A stretch of DNA of 64,000 nt, taken from the NCBI GenBank assembly GCA_963762445.1, contig CAVXLA010000005.1, positions 554,803-618,802 of the forward strand, written 5' to 3'. Positions within the stretch are counted from its first letter, which is position 1; the number at the start of each line of letters is the position of its first letter. The stretch is from an uncultured Chloroflexia bacterium. GTDB taxonomy: Bacteria; Chloroflexota; Limnocylindria; Limnocylindrales; CSP1-4. The notes beneath the pieces were generated by a model that worked only from the letters and a program-made list of their open reading frames with translations, ran no database searches and had not been told where the DNA came from. Positions 36,582 to 45,538 of the stretch are shown here, in pieces. A program made the position numbers and the translations under genes.

Positions 36582-38126
36582 ATGACCGACGAAGCCCCAG
36601 AGGGCCTCTGGGCCGGCCCGTATCCCGACGTGTTCGCGCGCCTCGACGAGGCGCAGGCGAGCGGCTTGGGCGACATGGACCCGGAACGGTTCCGGGCTGC
36701 CGCTCACGCGGTCGTCGACGCGATGGCCGACTACCTCGCGGGCATCGAGGAGCGGGCAGTCCTGCCCGCCATCGAGCCCGGCTCGATCCGGCCGGCCTTC
36801 CCGGCGACGCCGCCCGACGAGCCCGAGCCGCTCGGCGCGATCCTCGCCGACGTCGAACGGCTCGTCGTCCCGAACGCGACGCACTGGCAGCACCCGGGGT
36901 TCCTGGCCTACTTCGCGACCACGGCCTCCGCCCCCGGTATCCTCGGCGAGATGTGGACGGCCGCGCTCGGCCAGAACCCGATGCTCTGGCGGACGTCGCC
37001 GATCGGGACGGAGCTCGAGCAGGTCGTCGTGGGCTGGCTGCGCGCCGCGCTGGGGCTGCCCGCCGCCTTCGACGGGCTCCTGACCGACACCGCCTCGACG
37101 TCGACCCTCATCGCCCTCGCCGCGGCCCGTGAGGCGGCGGGCCTGCGGGCGTCGACGGACGGCCTGGCCGCCCGCACGGCCGGGGGGATGCCCGTCGTCT
37201 ACGCCTCGACCGAAGCGCACAGCAGCGTCGAGAAGGCCTGCATGACCCTCGGGCTCGGCCGGGCCGGGTTGCGGCGGATCCCCGTTGACGCCGACTACCG
37301 CATGCGCGTCGACCGGCTCGAGGCGGCCATCGCCGAGGACCGCGCGGCCGGCCGGGTGCCGGTCGCCATCGTGGCCACGATCGGGACGACCTCGTCGACC
37401 TCGGTGGATCCGGTGCCCGCGATCGCGGACGTGGCCGCGCGCGAGGGCGCCTGGCTGCACGTCGACGCCGCCTACGCCGGCGCCGTCGCCCTCGTGCCGG
37501 CGCGCCGCGGCCCGTTCGTCGGCTGGGAGCGCGCGGACTCAATGGTCGTCAACCCCCACAAGTGGCTCTTCACCCCGCTCGACGCGTCGCTCCTGCTCTC
37601 CCGCCGGATGGACGCCGTCCGCGCCGCCTTCAGCCTCGTCCCGGAGTACCTGCGGACGCTCGACCGCGAGCGCCCCGTCCACGACTTCACGGAATACCAG
37701 CCACAGCTCGGGCGCCGGATGCGGGCCCTCAAGCTGTGGATGCTCATCCGCTACTTCGGCATCGCCGGCCTCGGCCGCCGGATCGACGCCCACTGTCGCC
37801 TCGCCGAGGAGCTGGCCGCCGCCGTCGACGCGGAGCCCGACTTCGAGCGGCTCGCCCCGGCGCAGTTCTCCACCGTCTGCCTGCGCTGGCGACCAGGCGC
37901 CCTGCGCGGGACGGAGGACGAGCTGGAGGTCCGGGCGCGGCTGGACGCCGCCAACGAGCGCTTGATGGCGGCGGTCAACGCGACGGGGGAGGTCTTCCTG
38001 TCCCACACGCGGCTGCACGACCGCTTCGCCATCCGGGTGGCGATCGGGAACCTGCGGACCGAGCGTCGGCACGTCGACCGGGCATGGGAGCTGCTCCGCC
38101 GGGAGGCGCGGGCGCTGGAGGCCTGA
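36582..38126 (+). CDS. PLP-dependent group II decarboxylase, aromatic-L-amino-acid decarboxylase-like
   Basis: 'ATHWQHPGFLAYFATTASAPGILGEMW', 'HVDAAYAG', PLP-lysine context 'SMVVNPHKWLFTPLD'. The Met at 36582 is preferred over the track start 36465. Confidence 0.85.
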   Translation: MTDEAPEGLWAGPYPDVFARLDEAQASGLGDMDPERFRAAAHAVVDAMADYLAGIEERAVLPAIEPGSIRPAFPATPPDEPEPLGAILADVERLVVPNATHWQHPGFLAYFATTASAPGILGEMWTAALGQNPMLWRTSPIGTELEQVVVGWLRAALGLPAAFDGLLTDTASTSTLIALAAAREAAGLRASTDGLAARTAGGMPVVYASTEAHSSVEKACMTLGLGRAGLRRIPVDADYRMRVDRLEAAIAEDRAAGRVPVAIVATIGTTSSTSVDPVPAIADVAAREGAWLHVDAAYAGAVALVPARRGPFVGWERADSMVVNPHKWLFTPLDASLLLSRRMDAVRAAFSLVPEYLRTLDRERPVHDFTEYQPQLGRRMRALKLWMLIRYFGIAGLGRRIDAHCRLAEELAAAVDAEPDFERLAPAQFSTVCLRWRPGALRGTEDELEVRARLDAANERLMAAVNATGEVFLSHTRLHDRFAIRVAIGNLRTERRHVDRAWELLRREARALEA

Positions 38127-38150
38127 GTCCGCCGGGATCGTCCGGCCGCG

Positions 38151-38591
38151 GTGGACCGTACAATGGCGGCCGCCACGTCCCCGGAGAAGGAGCCCGCCGC
38201 CGTGCCGTCGATCACCGAGCTGACGCGGATCGAGCCGATCCACCTCGAGCGCCTGGCGCGCCAGGGCGTCTTCACCACGGGGCTGCTCCTGGAGGTCTCC
38301 GAGACCACCGCCCGCCGCCAGACGCTCGCGGACCAGACCGTCGCGACCACCAACGACGTGCTGGCCTGGCGGGACGAAGCCCTGCTGCTCAACCTGGCCG
38401 GCTTCGGCGCTGCCGAGCACCACCTGTTCCGGTTCGCGGGCTTCGGCGGGCTCGGATCCCTCCTCGCGATCGACCTCGACACCTTCCGCGCCGCGCTGGC
38501 CCGCGCCGCCCGGCAGCTCCAGGTCGAGCCGCCGAGCGACCTGATGATCGAGACCTGGTGGGAGCAGGCTCGAACGCTCGAGGACGAGTGA
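38151..38591 (+). CDS. small soluble protein, DUF4332-like helix-hairpin-helix (start uncertain; GTG 38202 has a GGAGAAGGAG SD)
   Basis: 'ITELTRIEPIHLERLARQGVFTTGLLLE' and a second similar half. GTGA overlap into the next gene. Confidence 0.55.
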   Translation: MDRTMAAATSPEKEPAAVPSITELTRIEPIHLERLARQGVFTTGLLLEVSETTARRQTLADQTVATTNDVLAWRDEALLLNLAGFGAAEHHLFRFAGFGGLGSLLAIDLDTFRAALARAARQLQVEPPSDLMIETWWEQARTLEDE

Positions 38592-39304
38592 GCGCCGCGG
38601 CGACGGAGGGCGGGTCGGGGCCCGCACGGCGCCTCGCGGGGGCGGTCGTCGCGGTCGCCACCGCGCTCGTCATCACGGGGGTGACGATCGCCCTCTTCCT
38701 CAACCCGGCCTGGGTCACGTTCGCTCAGGGCCGCGCGAATGCAGCCGCCTTCACGAGTTGGACGCCCGCGCAGGTCGAGGCGGTGACCCGCGACGTCGTG
38801 CTGGAGGTCTGGCTCGGACCGGGGACGTTCGCCCAGCGGGTCGGCGGCGAGCCGGTGTTCAACGAGCGGGAGCGCGCGCACATGGTCGACGTCCGGGGCG
38901 TGGTGCGTGCCTTCTACGCCAGCGCGCTTGGTGCCCTGGCCGTGCTCGGCGCGGCCGCGCTCGCGACGCGCGGATCGCGCTGGCTCCGGCGCGCGGTGGC
39001 GCTGGGTGCCGGCGCCCTCGCGGTCGGCGCCGTGGTCATCGGCGGCGCCTTCCTCCTCTTCTTCGACACCGCCTTCACCCTGTTCCACGAGCTGTTCTTC
39101 GCGGCCGGCACGTGGACCTTCGACCCCGCGACCGACCGCCTGGTCCAGCTCTTCCCGTACCAGTTCTGGACGGAGACGTCGGTGGCGATTGCTGTCGTGG
39201 GCCTGGGCCTGACGCTCGGGGTGTGGGCCGCGGCCCGGCGGTCCTCGCGTCCCCGCCCGGGACCGGTCGCGCAGGAGCGGGCGCCGGCCCGGGCCGAGCC
39301 GTGA
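38588..39304 (+). CDS. integral membrane protein (TIGR01906/DUF1461-like by recollection)
   Basis: Four TM helices with the conserved-looking 'FNERERAHMVDVR' and 'FHELFF..GTWTFDPATDRLVQLFPYQFW'. Confidence 0.6.
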   Translation: MSAAATEGGSGPARRLAGAVVAVATALVITGVTIALFLNPAWVTFAQGRANAAAFTSWTPAQVEAVTRDVVLEVWLGPGTFAQRVGGEPVFNERERAHMVDVRGVVRAFYASALGALAVLGAAALATRGSRWLRRAVALGAGALAVGAVVIGGAFLLFFDTAFTLFHELFFAAGTWTFDPATDRLVQLFPYQFWTETSVAIAVVGLGLTLGVWAAARRSSRPRPGPVAQERAPARAEP

Positions 39305-39903
39305 CCGTGGACCCGCGCCTCCGCCACCTCGGAGCCATGGCGCTCGTGCCGGCCCTGCTCGTCGCCGGCCTCGTCCTGGTCGTCCTCGGCGATGCCCTCG
39401 GCGGCGTCGCCCTGCTCACCCTGGGCTGGTTCGCCCACCTCGCGATGCGCGCGCGGCGGCGGCGCGACCAGCTCGCCCGGCTCATCGTCGGCCTGACCGT
39501 CGGCGACGTCATGGAGACGACGCCCTTCGTCGTGGTGCCGCAGGCGACGCTGGACACGTTCGCGCCCGCCCTCGAAGACACGGACGAGGCGACGGTCGCC
39601 CGCGTCGTGCGGGACGGCGAGCTGATCGGCCTCGTGGGGCCCCGGGAGATCGGGCGCGTGCCGCGGGCCCGCTGGGCCGAGGTGCACGCCATCGAGGCGA
39701 TGGCTGCCGCCGATGGCCTGCCGGTGCTGGATCCCGGCGACGCGCTTGGGCCGGCGGCGGATCGCCTCGGCGCGTCGGCCGCGCCGGGCCTGCCGGTGGT
39801 CAGCGAGGGCCGGCTGGCGGGCATCCTCACCCGGCTGGCGGTCGGGCGCACGGTGCACGAGCGGGCGATGGCGGCCGCCGGCCGCGGCGGGCCCGGCGCG
39901 TGA
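39301..39903 (+). CDS. membrane-anchored CBS-pair protein (resembles the C-terminal half of CBS-containing M50 proteases)
   Basis: GTGA overlap. TM '[18 protein letters not shown]' and '[14 protein letters not shown]', then '[15 protein letters not shown]...' and '[15 protein letters not shown]'. Alternative start ATG 39337. Confidence 0.6.
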   Translation: MTVDPRLRHLGAMALVPALLVAGLVLVVLGDALGGVALLTLGWFAHLAMRARRRRDQLARLIVGLTVGDVMETTPFVVVPQATLDTFAPALEDTDEATVARVVRDGELIGLVGPREIGRVPRARWAEVHAIEAMAAADGLPVLDPGDALGPAADRLGASAAPGLPVVSEGRLAGILTRLAVGRTVHERAMAAAGRGGPGA

Positions 39904-39985
39904 GGTCGGGGCTGTCGGCCGCCGCGGTCCTCGCCCGCGTGCCAGAATCGGCGGCGACGACCTGCCGCCACGCCCCGGAGGAGCC

Positions 39986-40597
39986 ATGGACGACCGCTCG
40001 CAGCCGCGCACCGAGCGCCGCCGCCTGACGCACGTCGACCGCCGCGGCCGGCCGCGCATGGTGGACGTGTCCGCGAAGCCCCCGACCGCCCGTCGGGCGG
40101 TGGCCGAAGCGGAAGTCGCCTGCTCCCAGGAGACCCTGACGCTCGTCATCGACGGGGGCGGCCCCAAGGGCGACGTCCTGACCGTGGCCGAGCTGGCCGG
40201 GGTCATGGCGGCCAAGCGCACGGCCGAGCTGATCCCGCTCTGCCACCCCCTGCCCCTGACCGACATCGTCGTCCGGGTGACGCCCGACCGCGGCGCGTCC
40301 GCCTTCCGGATCCACGCGGAGGCCGCGACCACGGCGCCCACCGGCGTCGAGATGGAGGCGCTGACGGCGGCGAGCGTCGCTGCCCTCACGATCTACGACA
40401 TGGTCAAGGGCGTCGAGCGGGGCGTCGAGATCCGGTCCATCCGCCTCGTGGCCAAGAGCGGCGGGGCCTCGGGCGACTGGCACCGGACGACGGAGCCGGC
40501 CGAGACGGTCGGGCCGCGCGCCGCAAAGCCACGGGCCGTCCGGGGTCCGGCCCGGGCGGGGGGGATCCGGCGCCCGGCGAACCGTCCCGGAGGCTGA
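39986..40597 (+). CDS. moaC: cyclic pyranopterin monophosphate synthase accessory protein
   Basis: SD GGAGGAG. '[16 protein letters not shown]', '[12 protein letters not shown]', '[21 protein letters not shown]'. Confidence 0.92.
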   Translation: MDDRSQPRTERRRLTHVDRRGRPRMVDVSAKPPTARRAVAEAEVACSQETLTLVIDGGGPKGDVLTVAELAGVMAAKRTAELIPLCHPLPLTDIVVRVTPDRGASAFRIHAEAATTAPTGVEMEALTAASVAALTIYDMVKGVERGVEIRSIRLVAKSGGASGDWHRTTEPAETVGPRAAKPRAVRGPARAGGIRRPANRPGG

Positions 40598-40601
40598 GCG
40601 C

Positions 40602-41126
40602 GTGGCCGGGCGTCCCACCGCCGTCGTCCTGACCGTCTCGGACCGCGGCGCGGCCGGGGAGCGGGAGGACGCGACGGGAGTTGCGGTCGCGGCGCGCCTG
40701 GCGGACCTCGGCTTCGACGTCGAGCGGTCGGTCGTTGCGGACGAGCGGCCGCTCATCGAGGCAGCCCTCGCCGCCGCCGCCGACCGCCACCCCCTCGTCG
40801 TCACGGCCGGCGGAACCGGCCTGACGCCGCGCGACGTGACGCCCCAGGCGACCCTGGCGGTCATCGACTACGAGGTGCCCGGCTTCGCCGAGACGATGCG
40901 CGCCGACGGCCGGGCCGCGACGCCCATGGCGATCCTCTCGCGGGCCGTCGTCGGGGTGCGGGGGCGGACGCTGATCGTCAACCTGCCGGGGAGCCCCCGG
41001 GGAGCGATGGAGTCGCTGGCGGCGATCGAGCCCGTCCTCTCGCACGCCCTCGACACCCTCGCCGGGCCCTTCGAGCACGACGGCGGCTCCTTCGATCACG
41101 ACGGCCGGCCCGCCGGCAGAGGCTGA
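40602..41126 (+). CDS. moaB: molybdenum cofactor biosynthesis protein B / MogA family
   Basis: '[19 protein letters not shown]', '[18 protein letters not shown]', 'NLPGSPRGA'. Confidence 0.8.
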   Translation: MAGRPTAVVLTVSDRGAAGEREDATGVAVAARLADLGFDVERSVVADERPLIEAALAAAADRHPLVVTAGGTGLTPRDVTPQATLAVIDYEVPGFAETMRADGRAATPMAILSRAVVGVRGRTLIVNLPGSPRGAMESLAAIEPVLSHALDTLAGPFEHDGGSFDHDGRPAGRG

Positions 41127-41129
41127 GGC

Positions 41130-43247
41130 GTGACCGAATCGCTGGCCCGCGTCCCGTGGTATCCGCTCGTCTTCCCGCTCTTCTACGGCGCGCTCGCGGT
41201 CTTCGCCCTCCTCATGGTGCGCCATCTCCGCGTCTTCGCGGCGGCCCGCCCCGCCCGCCCGTTCGCCGACGTTCCGCGCCGGACCGCGGCGCTCGTCCGC
41301 TACGCCCTCGTCCAGACCCGGATGTTCCGCGACGCCCGGGCCGGCGTCATGCACTACGCGATCTTCGCGGCCTTCGTCCTTCTTTCCCTCGGCGTGGCGA
41401 GCGCCGCCAGCGGTGGTCTCGTCGAGGCGGTCCTGGCGGCGCCCTTCGACGGGGCGATCTGGGCAGCGGTCCTCCTGGGTCGCAACCTGGCCGCGGTCGC
41501 CGCCCTCGGCGCCGTGGCCTACGCGCTGGTCCGGCGCCTGGTCGTCCGGCCGGCGCGCCTGACCCTGAGCCGCTCGGGGATCGCGATCCTGCTGCTCATC
41601 GGCGGCATCGTCGCGGCGGAGCTGGGGGCGCTCTCCTACGAGGCGGCGCGGTACGGGCCGCTCCCCGGCGCCCTGGTCACGAACGCCCTCGGGTCGGGGC
41701 TCGCGGGCACGGACCCGGGGCTGCTCGAGGCGCTCTTCGCCATCCACTGGTGGGCCCACGTCGCCCTCGTCGCGACGTTCCTCGCCTGGCTGCCCACGAC
41801 GAAGCATCTCCACGTCGTCACGAGCTTCGCCAACGTCTATCTGCGGAAGCTCGAGCCCCGCGGGGCGCTGCCGGCGATGGACCTCGAGGCGGAGGGCGCG
41901 ACGTACGGCCTGCGGACCCTGGCCGACCTGGCCTGGAAGGACGTCCTCGACGGCTTCACCTGTACCGAGTGCGGCCGCTGCCAGGACGCCTGCCCGGCCC
42001 ATTTCACGGGCAAGCCGCTCAATCCCAAGGAGCTCGTGATGGGGATCCGCCACCTGGCCGACGCGGCCGAGCGCGGACTGCCCCTGATCCCGAACTCCCC
42101 CGACGTCCGGGCCCGCGGCGGGCCGCTCGACGACCGCCTGGCGCCGGCGACGATGGCGATCCCGCTGATCCCGGGCGCGATCTCGGAGGAAGCCGTCTGG
42201 GACTGCGTGACCTGCGGGGCGTGCGTCGAGGCCTGCCCGGTCCTCATCGAGCACGTCGACAAGATCGTCGGGCTGCGCCGCAACCTGGTCCTCGAGGAGA
42301 GCCGCTTCCCGGCCGAGCTGGCCCCCGCCTTCCGGGCCATGGAATCGGCCCAGAACCCGTGGGGGCAGCCGAAGGGCGCCCGCCTGGACTGGACCCGCGG
42401 GCTGCCGTTCGAGGTGCCGACCGCGGCCGCGATCGCCGCCGCCGGCCAGATCGACAGCCTGGAGGTGCTCTACTGGGTCGGCTGCGCGGCCGCCTTCGAC
42501 GAGCGGAACCGGCGGGTTGCGCGGGCCTTCGCGACGTGCCTCCACGCCGCCGGCGTCCGCTTCGCCGTGCTGGGGCAGGAGGAGGCCTGCAGCGGCGACC
42601 CGGCCCGCCGGATGGGGAACGAGTACGTCTTCCAGCTGCTGGCGGCGCAGAACGTGGAGACGCTGCGGCGCTACGGCCCGCCGCGGATCGTGACCGCCTG
42701 CCCGCACTGCTTCAACACGATCGCCCACGAGTACGGCCAGCTGGGCGGTGCGTTCGAGGTGATCCACCACTCGGCGTTCCTGGCGCGCCTCCTCGACGAG
42801 GGGCGCCTGGCCACGCTCGTGGGTCCCGGCGGTCCCGACGCGCGACGCATCACCTTCCACGACGCCTGCTACCTCGCCCGCTACAACGGGGTCGTCGCGG
42901 CCCCGCGCGACGTCCTCCGTGCCGTGCCGGGGCTGGAGCTCGCGGAGATGGACCGCCACGGCCGCGAGTCGTTCTGCTGCGGCGCGGGCGGCGGGCGGAT
43001 GTGGATGGAGGAGAGCCGAGGGACGCGGATCAATGCCGAGCGGGCCCGCCAGGCGCTCGCCACGGGCGCCAAGGCGGTGGCCGTCGGCTGCCCCTTCTGC
43101 ATGACGATGCTGGGCGACGGCCTGGCCGGGGATCCCGCGAACGCGTCCGGCGTCACCACCCTCGACCTCGCCGAGATCCTGGCCCCGGTGGCCGTAGCGG
43201 GCCCGGGCGCCCGGCGCTCCGGGCGGGAGCTGCCGATCCTGCAGTAG
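41130..43247 (+). CDS. membrane-bound Fe-S oxidoreductase: N-terminal polytopic domain + 2x[4Fe-4S] + two CCG (HdrD-like) domains; EtfD-like
   Basis: About 6 TM helices, ferredoxin motifs 'CTECGRCQDACP' and 'CVTCGACVEACP', CCG motifs 'YWVGCAAAF', 'CPHCFN', 'HDACYLAR', 'FCCGAGGG', 'GCPFC'. Encoded next to etfBA. Confidence 0.75.
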   Translation: MTESLARVPWYPLVFPLFYGALAVFALLMVRHLRVFAAARPARPFADVPRRTAALVRYALVQTRMFRDARAGVMHYAIFAAFVLLSLGVASAASGGLVEAVLAAPFDGAIWAAVLLGRNLAAVAALGAVAYALVRRLVVRPARLTLSRSGIAILLLIGGIVAAELGALSYEAARYGPLPGALVTNALGSGLAGTDPGLLEALFAIHWWAHVALVATFLAWLPTTKHLHVVTSFANVYLRKLEPRGALPAMDLEAEGATYGLRTLADLAWKDVLDGFTCTECGRCQDACPAHFTGKPLNPKELVMGIRHLADAAERGLPLIPNSPDVRARGGPLDDRLAPATMAIPLIPGAISEEAVWDCVTCGACVEACPVLIEHVDKIVGLRRNLVLEESRFPAELAPAFRAMESAQNPWGQPKGARLDWTRGLPFEVPTAAAIAAAGQIDSLEVLYWVGCAAAFDERNRRVARAFATCLHAAGVRFAVLGQEEACSGDPARRMGNEYVFQLLAAQNVETLRRYGPPRIVTACPHCFNTIAHEYGQLGGAFEVIHHSAFLARLLDEGRLATLVGPGGPDARRITFHDACYLARYNGVVAAPRDVLRAVPGLELAEMDRHGRESFCCGAGGGRMWMEESRGTRINAERARQALATGAKAVAVGCPFCMTMLGDGLAGDPANASGVTTLDLAEILAPVAVAGPGARRSGRELPILQ

Positions 43248-43323
43248 GCGCCCGGCGTGCCCGGTCGCCTGCCCGGGCCCGGACCGGATCGCCGCCGCCC
43301 CGATCGCGGGGCTCGTGCGGCGC

Positions 43324-43566
43324 CTACCAGGCGCGCGGCCGATCCTCGGGCAGCTGGCGGCCGCAGCCGACGCAGCGCGTGTCGGTGGCGAGGTTCGCCG
43401 TCGCGCACGACGGGCAGAGCTTCTGGCCCTCGGACGACATCGCGATGGGGCTCTCGCGCGTTGCCTCGGTCCGCTGGCGTCGTTCCCGCCTCAGGTGGAG
43501 GAGGAGCGCCAAGATGGCCACCGCGCAGGCCCCCAGGAGGGCGAGCAGGAGGGACTGCTGATCCAT
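43324..43566 (-). CDS. 80-aa TM + zinc-ribbon protein
   Basis: 'MDQQSLLLALLGACAVAILALLLHL' TM helix followed by 'CPSC...CVGC'. Only the last 80 codons of track ORF 43324..44289 are plausible. Confidence 0.45.
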   Translation of the reverse strand: MDQQSLLLALLGACAVAILALLLHLRRERRQRTEATRESPIAMSSEGQKLCPSCATANLATDTRCVGCGRQLPEDRPRAW

Positions 43567-43750
43567 CGGCCGTTCCCGGTTCGCGGCCGGCCCGCCGGCT
43601 CCCGGGCGGGTCACCCGCGGTCCAGCCGTCGTGAGCGTACACCCGGTCCCGTCCGGCGGGACGGCCCGGCCGCCTCCTTCCAGCATTCGCTGTGTACACT
43701 CGGCACCGCCGGGGCGGAGCACGGTGCCCGCCCGCGCCAGTGGAGGCAGG

Positions 43751-44542
43751 GTGCCCGTGCGGATTGCCGTGCTCGTCAAGCCCGTCCCCGACGCCACCGG
43801 ACAGGAGCGGCTGCGCCCCGACGGCCGCCTGGATCGGTCGGCCGCCCCTCCGGTGCTCAACGGCAACGACGAGTATACGCTGGAAGCCGCTCTCCGCCTC
43901 GTCGACGCCCACGGCGGCGACGTGACGCTGGTCGCGATGGCGCCGCCGGAGGCGCGCGACGCGCTGCGCAAGGGCCTCGCGATGGGTGCCGCCCGGGCGG
44001 TCCTCGTCACGGACGACCTCCTGGCCGGCTCGTGCGCTCTGACGACGATGCAGGTCCTGGCCGCCGCCCTGCGGACCATCGAGTTCGACCTCGTCCTCGC
44101 CGGAGCCGACAGCGCGGACGGCGGCGGCGGCGTCGTGGGGGCGGGCGTCGCCACGCTCCTGGACCTGCCCCTCGTCTCCGGCGCGGCGGCGATCGAGGCT
44201 GCGGGCGAGGGAGCCGTCGAGGTCCGGCGGATCGCTGGAACCGGGACCGAGACCGTCGAGGTCACCCTGCCCGCGTTCGTCGTCGGCACCCAGCTGCTCG
44301 GCGAGCCGCGCTACCCCACGCTCAAGGGGATCATGGGGGCGCGGGCCAAGGAGGTCGCGGTCCGCTCGCTCGCGGACCTGGGCCTCGCCGGCGCCGCGGT
44401 CGGCGGGGGGTCGGCGACCACGGTCGTGGTGGCCCAACGGCCGCCCGCCGCGCGGGCGTCGGCCCGCATCGTCCGCGAGGCGCCCGCCGTGGCGGCCCGG
44501 GAGATCGTCGACTTCCTGGTGGAGCGGAGGGCGGTCCGGTGA
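43751..44542 (+). CDS. etfB: electron transfer flavoprotein beta subunit
   Basis: GTG preceded by GGAGGCAGG. 'IAVLVKPVPD', 'NGNDEYTLEAALRL', 'GADSADGGGGVVG', 'KGIMGA'. Confidence 0.9.
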   Translation: MPVRIAVLVKPVPDATGQERLRPDGRLDRSAAPPVLNGNDEYTLEAALRLVDAHGGDVTLVAMAPPEARDALRKGLAMGAARAVLVTDDLLAGSCALTTMQVLAAALRTIEFDLVLAGADSADGGGGVVGAGVATLLDLPLVSGAAAIEAAGEGAVEVRRIAGTGTETVEVTLPAFVVGTQLLGEPRYPTLKGIMGARAKEVAVRSLADLGLAGAAVGGGSATTVVVAQRPPAARASARIVREAPAVAAREIVDFLVERRAVR

Positions 44543-45531
44543 GCGGCGCCACATGGGCCGTCGCCGAGCTGGGCCTCGACGGACACCCGACCCGCCTGTC
44601 GCTCGAGGCGGCCACCGCCGCGCGCACGCTCGCCGCCGCGGGCGGCACGTCCTCCGGGGCGGTGGTGGCGGCGGCCGAACCCGATGCCGCCGCGGCCGTC
44701 CTCGCGGCCTACGTCGACCGGGTCGTCGTCATCCGGCTCCCCGCGGAGGCGGCCGGGTCGACGGTCGCCGCGGCCGGCGCCATCGCCGCCGCCGCCGCGC
44801 GGGACGAGCCGTGGATCCTCGTCGTTGGCGCCACCCCCGACGGTCGCGAGACGGCCGGCATCATCGCGGCGCGCCTGGGCCGCGGCGTCCTGGGTAACGC
44901 CACCGCGCTGGCCTGGGGCGGGGGAGGGGACGGCGCGCCGCCCGGCCCGCGGGTCGAGATGAGCGTGCTGGGCGGGCGGGCGCTGACCTCGTCGGCCTTC
45001 GCCGACGGGCGCGGGATCGTCACCCTCCGCCCCAACGCCGTCACTGCGACGCCGGCCGACGCGGCCGGGTCGGTGGACGTCGTCGAGGTCGCCGTCGCGG
45101 CCCCCGGCCGCGTCCGCGTCGTCGGTCGCGCCGACGCGCTCACGCGCAGCGCGAGCATCGAGGAGGCGCCCATCGTCGTGGCCGGGGGGCGTGGACTGGG
45201 AGGTCCCGACGGCGTCGCCCTCCTCGAGGAGCTCGCCGTTGCCCTCGGCGGCGCGGTCGCCGCCACGCGAGCCGCGGTCGACGCGGGCTGGCTGCCGTTC
45301 GCCGTGCAGGTCGGCCAGACCGGCAAGACGGTGCGCCCATCGGTCTACGTCGGGATCGGTGTCTCCGGCGCGATCCAGCATCGTGTCGGCATGCAGGACG
45401 CGGAGACGATCGTGGCGATCAACCGCGACCCCGAGGCCCCGCTCGTCGAGCACGCCGACCTGTACGTCGTCGGCGACCTGTTCGAAGTCGTGCCGGCCGT
45501 GGTCGCGGCGCTCCGCGCCCGGGCCACCTGA
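44539..45531 (+). CDS. etfA: electron transfer flavoprotein alpha subunit
   Basis: GTGA overlap with etfB. 'IVVAGGRGLG' and the FAD motif 'QVGQTGKTVRPSVYVGIGVSGAIQHRVGM..AETIVAINRDPEAP'. Confidence 0.9.
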   Translation: MSGATWAVAELGLDGHPTRLSLEAATAARTLAAAGGTSSGAVVAAAEPDAAAAVLAAYVDRVVVIRLPAEAAGSTVAAAGAIAAAAARDEPWILVVGATPDGRETAGIIAARLGRGVLGNATALAWGGGGDGAPPGPRVEMSVLGGRALTSSAFADGRGIVTLRPNAVTATPADAAGSVDVVEVAVAAPGRVRVVGRADALTRSASIEEAPIVVAGGRGLGGPDGVALLEELAVALGGAVAATRAAVDAGWLPFAVQVGQTGKTVRPSVYVGIGVSGAIQHRVGMQDAETIVAINRDPEAPLVEHADLYVVGDLFEVVPAVVAALRARAT

Positions 45532-45538
45532 GGGCGCG

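Noticed and set aside
38159-38164. TACAAT hexamer as the promoter for the DUF4332-like gene
   Set aside because: It overlaps the candidate ATG at 38163, so it cannot drive that start. If it is a real promoter, the gene starts at GTG 38202, which has a GGAGAAGGAG SD. This is unresolved from sequence alone.
39904-39985. Moco riboswitch upstream of moaC
   Set aside because: The gap is only 82 nt and lacks the length and conserved stems expected of the roughly 130-nt Moco RNA motif.
43567-44289. Upstream 240 codons of minus-strand ORF 43324..44289
   Set aside because: This part is antisense to etfB and R/P/A-rich. Only the last 80 codons (TM + zinc ribbon, in the intergenic gap) are plausible.
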